A DNA stretch of 64,000 nucleotides from assembly GCA_977030845.1 (NCBI GenBank), contig OZ365109.1, forward strand, positions 57,660,001 to 57,724,000, read 5' to 3'. This DNA is from Fimbriosthenelais zetlandica (Eukaryota). This document shows positions 13,301 to 25,300 of this stretch, piece by piece. The notes beneath the pieces were generated by a model. It worked only from the letters and a program-made list of their open reading frames with translations. It was not told the origin of the DNA and made no database searches. Positions within the stretch are counted from its first letter, which is position 1, and each line of letters opens with the position of its first letter. The position numbers and the translations under genes were made by a program.

Positions 13301-16300
13301 GTCGGCGAAGGATCAGGGGACATGGCCCTCACTAACCCTGTCTGTGAAGCAAATAAAGCCCAACATATCCCTACCTGTGCTAAGTCAAAGGCCAGCTGTA
13401 ACCACGACAAGGATCTCTTCGTCCGATGCCAAGGTATGACGTAATATTATAATTTTAATGACTGGTGCACTTTCGTTAAATTTCATTGATATTATCATTC
13501 ATAGTCATTATTTCATGATTTTCAATGGAATTGAACACACCGATTCCCATTATAACAGCTGGGGTACGCCTTGTTGGAGGCGCCCATGAAGCTGAAGGTG
13601 TGGCAGAGATATACAAGGCTGGTAGTTGGGGGAAGGTGTGCACCGACAACATTCGTAGGGACAGGTTCCCTGCAGTCTTCTGTAAACAGCTGGGTTATGA
13701 CCATGTTATCACAGTCGACTATGCTGTTAACAAGATGCCTTCTGCGCCAACTGGACAGTATGTAAACTGTTTCAACCAATTATCCATTTTATCCATACAT
13801 TTATCCATCCATTTATCTATCCATTGATCAGTCAATCAATACATCCATCCATCCATCCAAAATCCACCCATCCTACAATCAGTCAATTGCTTTCATTAAT
13901 CCATCCAACAAACAATTAAATTCTAACTAACGGTAACCATAGAATTCACAAAGCAAGCAACTAGATATTGCGAATTCAAGTCTCTAAATGCAGGATGCGA
14001 TGAGCAATAATTGATATTTCAGTATTGCTGAGCACAACCCTGACTGTGGTCCTGAATATGCTGCTAATGTTCTCAACTGCGGTCACCCTAACACTAAAAC
14101 CTGCGATCACAACAAAGTTCTCTACATCAAATGTGATTGTAAGTTGTACAATCTTGAACTATTTTTATTTATTCTTCCGTCCATTCATACATGTATCAAT
14201 TCATTAATTATGGTTCATTACAAATAATCACTGTCTGTATGTATGATTTCTGTATTCAATTTCAGATGAGGATTTCTGTAGGAATACACCATGTCAGAAT
14301 GACGCTGTCTGTATAAATTTACAGAATGATTACAAATGTGAATGCAGACCAGGGTTTGAGGGACCTAACTGTGAAATGAGTAAGTTGTCACTTATATTTT
14401 GAGAATATTTTCACATTTTAATTGATATGGACTTCTAAATAAACTATAATGGTGTAAATTAATTCTGAGGCAATGATGGAATGATTTGAGTTGGCCATAG
14501 GCCCATATCACAGATTGTTTGATAATATGAACCCAAATGTTTCATGGAACAATAATATGATTTCCTGCTTTAGACATTGATGATTGTGCCGGCAAGCCTT
14601 GCCTACATGGTGGTATTTGCCTTGACCGACCCAATGGTTATGAATGTAAATGTACTGATAGATACACTGGTACCCACTGTGAGCATGGTAAGTACGCATC
14701 AGCCTAATTCAGGAATAGTCTACTTCTCATATCCATGATGATAATATGAAATGGGTATGACTATGCTATATTCAATGGCAATAGTAAATGACAACATTCA
14801 TTATTTCTTCCTACAGTGACTATAACTAAGGACCCTATTGTCCTTCGCCCCGTTGCCTTCCCAGACCTGGCTGTCAGTATACAATCTAACAGCCTTAGCC
14901 TGGACAAATCAGCCAGTATATTCAGATTCACTGACGGCGCTGTCCCTGGTGCTGTCAAGGTTATGGTATGTCCATCCTTTTGCTGATTTTAAAGGTTTCC
15001 AAATGTCATAGGAAGCGGGGAAGATTCACTCATTAATTGGCAACAATGATCAGGGCTTATAAATCATCCTTGCACAGAATCCACTAACCCTTCTTGCTCA
15101 GCAATACAAAGAAAGAGATCTCGGGTAAACTTGGGTAAAAATGTCTGTATGATATAGGTGGTGTCTACCGGAAATGAAGAAAGCAAGTATCTCTTCCTGA
15201 CTGGGGACATGGTTGGAGTAAGTGACCAGAAGGGCAGTCTCTTCTACCCTGTTGAATCTGAGAGAAGGAACCTGATTCTGAAGCCAGTGGATCGTCCTGG
15301 CCATGTGGTGGTAGCTCAGGACTCCAAACTTGTCATCACCACTGGAAACATGAGCGACCCTGACTTTACCAAGAAGGCTGAGTTCTACATCAATGGTAGA
15401 TTTACCTGATATTCCTATTATTTCGACTTGGGCTGAATGTATGGGGACTCTAAACGAGCATTAATGTTTATATTCAACACTTCATTTTCCTTGTAGACCT
15501 TGATGCTGAGAATACATTGATCATGTATAGCAGTCCTTCCTTTGATGGAAGTAGCTATGCTTTGACTGGAGATGATGCTGATTTCCGTAACCACGGGTTT
15601 GATGATGCTCTTAACAGCTTCGAGGTCAAAGGTGAACAATTGCCTTTCGATATATCTATATGGGAAAATCTTACTAAAAAAGATTTCCATTTATGTCCAT
15701 TTCTGAGACATCTCACAGGACAGAAACTTTGATTTTATGAACTAAAAAGAAATTTAAGAGCCTACTAATTAATTCCTTATTATACATCGTCATCTCGTAG
15801 GTCGCTTTTCATGGCAGCTTTTTGAACATCGTGATTACAGTGGTAAGAGTGTCATTGCTCAACCTGGGCGTTATGATGCCACTTGGGTTAACACCCACCT
15901 CGGAAAAGAAATTGTCTCTTCCGCTAAGAGTAAGTAGGTCCCTCAGGAAAGTAGTTCCTACAGGAAATTCCATAGCCATAGAACCGTTATATAGAACTTT
16001 CTAGATCCTCTTATTTCCTAAAGTTGTCATCTTATCTTTTAGAGATTGAATCTAGTGATGGAATGACAATTTGGCGTGAGGAAGATTTTAAAGGGGCTCA
16101 CATCACACTCTCACATTCCCACAGGGATATCACAAAGGTCCTCAGCGCTACTGGCTCCATTGAAGTCATTGGTAAGTCATTGTCTGTAATTATAACCTTT
16201 GAAATTAGATTATAAGAGACATGACAAATGATCTATCTAGCTAGAGCGTAATTAGATTATGTAGATTCAGGAAAAAGACCAAATATGAGTTTTGATCTTT

Positions 16301-19300
16301 TAGGACCTTCAAGCTGGGAGATGTATTCCAACAACAACTTTAAGGGACAGAAGTGTGTAGCTTCCCCAGGTCGTTATAACCACGAATGGTTCAAGACATG
16401 CCTTGAGTCTGATATCATTGCTTCTGCCCGAAGTAAGTTATACAGTATCTTCCACAGCCTTATCCAATGCCTATATCATAATGCATACACATCTGTATAA
16501 AACAGCCTATTATTTTAATATAAAAATTTACCAGTTATCAATTATTTTCTTATTTTTCAATGTGTAGAGGTAGAGGTCAACTTGCCTATGTGCCATGCAT
16601 CTAGTGGTTTGCAGACGTTGGAAGGTAAAAGTGGTAAGAAGCATGATGTGTTTGTAGCGCATAAGGAGGATGGTTCAGCCTGGCTCAGGTTCGGTGTGGG
16701 TGACATGGGCAACACGTGGAAAATGGTGGGTCTTAATCTACTGTCCTTTCCCAGCATACAGGCTTTATTCAACTGTTTCATAAAATGGGAGCCCACATGA
16801 CTTGTTAATATAGGTTCAGTCTGTATCATTTGCTCTCACAAGATTTTGACTTATGTTAGTTGCTCAGAAATCAACGCATGTAACTAAAGGAGTCTATAAT
16901 TATAGAAAAAGGCAGTTTCCACAAGAGCTGATACTATTTTCAGAAATGATTTATTTTTCAATGACATATTTTTTATTCTTTCAGGCAAGTGAAAATGCAA
17001 AATCAATGAATGTTAGCATTTTTGACCAAGCTGCCTTTTATGCCATGAATGATTTCGAAATCATTGGATGGGAAATCGACACGGATCTGACTTTCCATAT
17101 GAAGAGAGACGAGAGCTGGAGTCCTTCAAGGGTTAGACATTTTCCCTTTTCCAAAAATTATGTGAAAATTGTATAGGCACATATCTAATACTCTGTACGG
17201 GGCCAAAATGGCTAGGCATTGCGTCATGGAATATTTACTTTGATTAGGAAATATTTTCAAGCATCACTTCAGATTGTTTTGATTTCAGATTGCTGTGATG
17301 TACCTTGGATCACGTACCATGGACACCTTTAAGTTTTCTGAAGGTGACAGTGACAAGACAGATCTGACGTTCTCTGCTGACAAGATGCGAGTTTCTTGCT
17401 CTGGACGTATGGGCAATGATGGTAATCCCAAACCCAACGACTGTGGCAAAAATGGCTTGCCTGAATTTGGCAGCAACTCCAATCCACTAGCTCTTGCCGC
17501 TGTAAGTATGATCTTTTTACCTTACCAATTGTTATGGGCATATATACTAAAGTATTATTATCTCTTACTGACATTTTCGACTTTCATATTATTTTTAGCT
17601 TAGGATGGACCCTAGGGGGATTGGTTCCTATGCAAAGGACAATGAATTCTCACGTAATGCCTACACCTTCTATGGGACCTACTATTACATCTATGCCAAA
17701 CTGGCTGAGTGCCACGCCGCCACAGGTGATTTGAATTGATCGAAACACTTAATTTAATCATTTCATATTGCTATACATTTTAAATTTGGAATATCAATCT
17801 TGATTGTATGAGGTTTGATAACCTGTTTCTTCAGCAAGGGACAGTAGAAAATACCCCAATATAAGAAATACAATGAAAAGAAACTGCCAAGGTCAGCTTT
17901 GATTCTAGGACAGGTATTTAGACTATCAGGCCATTGTACAACCATACGCTAAAGCATTGCAACGCAGCCTATGGCATTATTTTCTTTTCTGTTATTACAA
18001 GGGTGCTTCAAGCGTTCCAAGGATATTGACTTCACCTTTGGACGTGTCCAAACTAAACAGAGTGACACTCCAAACACGTTTTACTTTGGTCAGCTGGGAG
18101 ATGACATTGATTCTTGTGAAGCTGCATGTAAAAACGACCGTGATTGCCTTGCTTACACATTCTACCAGGTATATTAGTTTTTTTATGATGCACATGATTG
18201 TTTCTTCCCCAATTCCATGAACTTTCTGTGGTATTTGGAGGCCCTATAGAATGCCTAAAGGTATATTTTTAAATTTATTAAGATCGTTCTTGAGGAATCA
18301 CTGACTGTGCTATAATTTCTATCAAGAATGTATTCCATCCGTTTGATGTGCTTTTAATTCATTAGGGAGATTATGCTGACCCTGCATTTGCTGGTGGTTG
18401 CTATGGTGTAGGGAAGGCTGAGGAAAGTGAGGGTGTTCGAGTTGAGGGTGTTTACTCTGGAAAATCTATGAACTGCGATTGTAAGTACACATATCTAATC
18501 AAACGCCATTGCTCACATCAGGCCCTGTCATTCAATGGATCCAGCCTAGGCCATCTTTAATTTCTATTAAGCTGCGATACTCCAATTTTAACGTTAACAT
18601 TTCAATAATTTGAATTATAAGCCCCTGATAAATTATAGGCCTGATGTTGGAAATCATGTCCTGGGAATTTGGAACTTTTCTACATACTACTCATGAGTAG
18701 TGTATGGAAATGGATATTGTACTCTGGCCATCTTTCCCTTTTTCTGAGCCCATGGCATGTATTTTGACTTAGATTATGATAATAATTTGTCTTTGTCCCT
18801 GCAGCTTTCATCCCTGACTATATGGTGGATGATATGTGGACTAGGAATGTGACAGGATGCCCCTGTCAGTTTGACACCACTCGTCGTGACTGTGCTTGTT
18901 GTTATGACAGAGCCTGTCAATGCGGCTACAAGCATAAATACCAATGTTCACTATGTGGATTCAGTGATCGTTGTGGCTATCGTAAGTATACCTTATACAA
19001 GGTTGGCCATTTAATAGTATAACCAGAAAAGCTCTCGTATGCCAATTTAAGTTCTAGACACTGAACATACTTTTTAATGCAGTCTCTTTAGGTGTACAAT
19101 TGAACCCCATATAAATTACATAATTATTCAAGCGACTATCGAAAGTAGGCCTATCATCCCCGAACTTAAAATTTCAGCATTCTTAACCAACTCCCATGAG
19201 TACATATTTGAGTATGACGATCAGATGTTGAATGACGACGGACGCCATTACCAGATCCCTGAGATGTGTGTCACCGGATGCACCATGACAGTTCGTGGTA

Positions 19301-22300
19301 GTGGAGCTTCCGGTGCTCAGGTCGAGGCTCACATGACCACTAGCACAGACAGGAGGGCACTCTCCTGTGTGGCGTGAGTTCCTGGATTCTATATTAATAG
19401 ATATTCCTATCCCCTGACAATGTGACATTCCTTTTCTATATTAATAAAACTAATCATTCCCATACAGTAGCCTACCCCTATAAAATTGCTTTTTCCATGC
19501 ACGTGCAAAGCAGGCAGTGCAAATAGCCTACCAGGCAATCCAATTGTGATGAAACCTTACCAAACAAACGTTGATCACAATCTATATCAGCTCTATCTCA
19601 GTAGGCACCGTCATGATATAATATTGTTGAAAGCAGCGTTAAAACCCATACAACAAAAACAACAACTACAACAGTTCAGATTCGTCAGTTCATATCTCTA
19701 TTGTGTAGGTTATTGTAAAAATTATGGATGCATAGAAAAATATATTGCTCTGTTATTATATACCACAATGTTAAAATTATGTCTGTCTGGTATTTACAAA
19801 TCCTGACTATGTTTTCAGGTCCGGACTTAACTTGGCTGACAATGTGAACGTGAGAGTTTCTGCCTCACCCATCAACCTGGAAGCTGTCCGTGTTAACAAA
19901 ATCAACCTCTACTCCTATGGTGGTCAAGGCAAGATGGTACAGCTCAAACTCAAGGTACCTATAGCCAAATACAAACATAGCCAACACTAATATTGTTTCA
20001 TTGCATTACATGTTATATGCCTAGAAATATTATGAGGCTAAATTCTATCAAAATTCTTTACCCCTATTCAAGGTGGACAAAGAAGCCTGTGCTACCACTT
20101 CCTCATTTGTTGATCACCGCTATGTTGGCTGCTTTAAACTGGACAGAGATTATTACCTGAGCAATAATTATACCCGTGACCATCCTCGTCTAACCTCCAC
20201 ACGGATGACCAAAGCTATATGTATGAACCATTGTCATAAATACAGCTACAACTTCGCTCTGCTCAGGGTAGGTGCATTAAAATGCATAGGCCTACCTTTT
20301 ATGAGTATATGCACCTGTATGGAGTTAACTGATGCTTAACCTTATATCATTTTCATTTAAAATTTTAATTCAGTTTGAATAGTTTCAATATTTCCACGCC
20401 AGATTCTACTAGCAAATAAATCATTCGTTATATTTTTTGACAATTCAATCTACATTTTACTAATTTAATAAACATAAATTGGGTTCAAACAGAATGGCAT
20501 CTACTGTGAATGTTCTCAAAGTCTGCCCACCACTGGTGAAGCGTCTAATTGTGACATGTTCTGTGCTGGTGAACCGTCAGAAGTTTGTGGTGGGACTAAT
20601 GCCCAGTCTGTCTACATGACTGTTACCAATGGTAGGTCTACTGCTCTGAATTATTACGGCTACTTTAGTAATTTCATTTTCCGTATCATAAAATATGGGA
20701 GCTAATTGCCTCTCCTTTCACATTCTCTCTATATATCTTCCCCTGTGAATACTCACATTCCTCACATTCTCCCCTTTCTTTTATCATTTTTCTCTCTTCC
20801 AATTACATGTAACTCCTTGGGTCACTTCCTGAGTACTATTCACTCTACATACATAGATATATCAATTCCCAAATCCTTGCCTTTCTTTTGATTCAATTTC
20901 TCCTATACTTATGTTTTCTGCTCAGTCAATGACAGGCGATAAGTGTTTTTTTCTCAATTTCACCCAGCATTAGAATGCTAACAGTGTATACATGCATTTG
21001 CTAGCTTCACCCTATTGAACAGAGACAAATTTAATGTCCTTTCCTGTAGGTTTGTACACTGAGACAGCAGCCGCAGCTGTTGGAGGTTGTGATGGTATTG
21101 GAGGTAATCGACTAGGTACAGTTAGTCTATCATCTATTGACAGTGACTGTGCCAAATTTGGGACCACCCAAACTGCTAACCAAGAAGGTGCCTGTGACTT
21201 TGACATTTGCTCGGTCAGTCAGGTCTCCCGGGGTGGCCTCTACCCAGCCGCACCAGGCTCCTGTGGTAATGACAAGAAGGGCGCCATTAAGCTCAGGTGA
21301 GGGACCTCTGGGAGTAGATGGGTTAGGGAAGAAGCAAACAAAATTAATTACAAAAGAGGGAGGATGAGGGGTCGGCGTGAAAGTGACCTATATGTAAAAT
21401 ATCTAAACCCTTTTCGTCATAATCTGTCCAAACTTTGTTGAAACAACTGGGGAACTTCATTTGTGTTGGTATTGTTGCAGGACCACAGGAGCGGATTGTT
21501 TGTCTCTGGGTGGCAACCCATCATTTGGTCAGACAAGTTGGGGTCAGTGTCAGCTGGATCTGTGTCAGGCTGACAGCTCCAGGGACACTCTCTATTCTGT
21601 CATCCAGGATTTCCTCTGTCCCAGTCACCGCAGGTCCGCATTTTCAAATTTCATTTTTGTATAGGTGTATGTATAGGCTAGATTCAGAATATAGCATTTT
21701 AAAATGGGTACTAGGCCTAAGTATTAGACCATGTACTCGGAGGTCAGTATTACCTACAAGACATGAACAGCTGGAGGTAATCGACTAGGTACAGTTAGTC
21801 TACCATCTATTGACAGTGACTGTGCCAAATTCAAGGATGGCCAATCAGTGGCAAAGATGACACACAGGCTAACCAATTTCTTTCTGTGTATTTCTTATAC
21901 AGAATAGGTAAGCTAGAATATAAGATGGAAGCTGGAAGGTGCCGTGAGCTTCGTGGCCAGCTTTATGAAAAGGAAATCCCTGACGCCAATGTGACACTCT
22001 GCACAGGATTTGTGGCTTGTTCAACACAAAAAGGTGAGAAATTTAAGTCAATGACAATTTTATAGATCTTAATGTTTAACTTGAAATTGCATGATATAAA
22101 AGCTGGATGTCTTAATGATTTTGTGCTGCAAATTAAAGTGTTCTTTTTCAAAGGTTTCTTTCTCATTGTTTAACTATAGCTGCTTATGAAGGTTTGTATT
22201 ATGTCCTCTACTTACTTAATAAGTTCTAGCTCTATATATCTTTATCTAGTCGAGGACATTAAGGTTTACTTGCAAACTTTAATTCCTCACTTTAGACTAT

Positions 22301-25300
22301 AGTGTACAGATCTTATTTATTCTATTGTCTATTTCTATTGGGAGGAATTTCTGAAATTATATTTTTTATTATTTTTACAATGTCTTGGTTGTTGAATTTT
22401 CATTTTCTTTTGACAGCATTTCATTATGTTAGAAATATTATTTATTAACTTTTTCAGTATAGTTTCAGATTTTGTTATCGATGACATATCAGCTTCAGAT
22501 AACATTTTTATTCCATTTTAAATCCCTGATAACCAAATCCTTTCATACAGAAACCCAGGAGAGCGAATACACGTTCCCTAATACGAATGAGGTTGTATTG
22601 GTGGGCGGCCATGACTTTTCGGTCCCTGAAATGTGTGTGACTGAGTGTACCTTCAAATATCAGGTACAACTTAATTTTGCATTTATTATTTTTTGAATAT
22701 ACTGTGCGAAGCCACTAAAAATAATTAGCCACCATATGTTTGAAGCCACAATCTGCCAATATAAGCCACTGCCTAAATTTGAAGCTACGATCCGAATCCA
22801 TTATAGACTTGACGCCAGTATCTGAAACTATTAGGAATTTTAAGCCACTGCCTGAAGCCATTATAAACTTGAAACCTCAATCTGATGCTATTGTCAACTT
22901 GAAGCCACTATGTGCAGCTACTATGAACTATCCACTATCTGAGGCCTTTATAAACTTGGAACCGCAATCAATATCTGAAGCCACTATAAACCTGAAGCCA
23001 CTATCTGAATAAAGCACTATATGGTTGAACACGCAGTTCGAAGCCATTATAAGTCTCTGATTGTCAGTATGAAAGATATACGTTTAGAGGCTAAAGAAAC
23101 TATATGAAGCAGCCATTATAATATTGAATAGAGCTTGAAACCATTGTGGTGGTCCCTTTCAGGCATCGAGTGAAAATGTGTCTGTGGCTACAGCTACGAT
23201 GATTGACGACTCTGGTAATGCTGGTCTTATTTGTGGAGGGTATGTAGGACTTTTAACCCAAGAACCGAACCGAATGCAATTAAATATTTTAATACTGTTA
23301 CATTTTAATTAACTTTTAATTAACTTCTGTCTTTGACTTACAGACAGGTTGAGAACAAAGAGGAAAAAGAGTCTCTTACTTTTGCTAGCAAGGCTACAGG
23401 TGTGAAGGTTAAGAGCATTACTTTTGTCGCCCAGAAATCTCCCTACATAGTCAAGAGCCTCAAGCTCCGTGTAGAGACTAATGGATGCAAGGACGATGAA
23501 GGTATTTTTTTCATAAAACCCTAGTTAATATTAAACAATTTTTTCCAGTCTAAAATCAACCAATGCATTCTATAAAACCTACTTAATCAAAGGTTTAAAC
23601 TGCAAGATATCAAACTTCAGTAAGTCAACTTTCAATATTATCATTATTATGAATCTTTCAGATATGATTGTCCTCTATGATCAGCCTAACTTTGGTGGGA
23701 AACCTGCTGTTATAAAGTCTGAGGTGGCTGATCTCAGCTCAATTGATTTCAACAACAAGGCTAGCTCCTTCAAGATTTATGGTAATATATGAACTAATGA
23801 TCCCTAATTTTTTTGCATGGTACTATCACTGCATATATTATTAACTTTTAGTACTCCTCTACCACTGCTTTGAAAGTCATTTCTAGAGTTCCAGATCTGC
23901 TGGAATCTTTTACGCGAATGTTATGCATTGCCATATATATATTGGTCAGACACTAAGCCTATTTTCGCCTTTATCACTTCTACCAGGTAACCAGATGTGG
24001 GAATTGTTTGAAAGTAAGGACTATAAGGGAAGCAGTACTGTACTAGGTGCTGGTAGTTACTATGATACCAATCTCCTACCGTTTGGTAATAATCAGCTCT
24101 CATCCGTCCATCCTGTGGCCAGTCTTAACACTAACATGGATCAGACCAGGAAGGCCATCTCCAATACCAGGGATCTCGGTAAAATAAATCAATTAATATT
24201 TTATATCATCCCAATTAAGCAGTCATGTCATTGGATTTTAATTTCTATGTCTTAAATATTTGGGTATAAATTTCTGGTATTTTAGTCTGATCTGTATCCC
24301 TGCAGACATATATATGATTTTAATATGAAACGAGCTTGATCAGTTTGGGTTCAAAATGACCTAACTAAAAATACAATAATAGGTCAATCTCTTTTATTCT
24401 CCCTTTGTATTTTCAGTTTGTTTCAGGCGTGTAGTTAAATCTAATGCTGTTTTTGGCCTGCCACCGAACGGAGCTGGGAGTGAGGACCGCCCTCGTATAT
24501 TTTACTTTGGAGAGATGGGATACAATCTTGATGCATGTGAGCGTGCATGCCGTAATGAACCACAATGTGCTGCCTTCACACTATTCTCACCTGAGGCTGA
24601 GGACGAGGCGCTCAGGTCATACAGGGGTCAGTGTTATGGCCGTAGCTTCAGGGATGAGGTTGATACATATCAGGAGGATGTTATCTCAGGTTATGTGGCT
24701 AACTGTGCTCAAGGTGAGACAATCCATATATACAAGCCATCTTAAAACAAATTTCCCTGAAAATAACGATTCTCATTGAATGTCTTTATTTTTGTAGGGG
24801 GAATCCAAAGGACGGTATGCAATTTAGGGGGAATCCAAAGGATATTATGCATTTTATTTTAAGCCTAATCATCTAAAATAATTGTGGACGTTTGTCAATT
24901 TTGGTTTATCTATTTCTCTTCACAGAGGACACCATCACTCTCTACTCGGAGAAGGCGTTTACCGGAGTACGTATCATGATCATCGAGGATGCTGTGAATA
25001 TCACCATGGGAAGTGGTGCTAGCTCTGTCATTGTTACAGGTATGCAATACCTACCGCATTAGTGCGTAAATAGGCTATCAAGTTGAAAAAATAATGTTCA
25101 GGGTAAATTAAGAAGAAAGTTTACTATTTCAGGACAGGACACATGGCGTGTATTGACCATGTCTGAGGGACACGTCCACACTTACAACCTGTCACCAGGA
25201 GACTATTCAGATGTCAGCACTAATTTTGTTGGAGAGATATTCCAGGTATATTTCTAATTATAATTAAAATAATTTTTCCTTTTATATTTTTCACTTTAGA

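Noticed and set aside
15497-17725. Aerolysin-type pore-forming toxin (as in crystallin-aerolysin fusions)
   Set aside because: I recognise no Ser/Thr-rich aerolysin/ETX beta-hairpin region after the crystallin domains in either paralogue.
24796-24852. Short direct duplications (also about 11380-11720, 41014-41056, 54992-55048, 59229-59291)
   Set aside because: Two-copy local tandem duplications of 17-60 bp in introns or intergenic DNA, with no sign of function.
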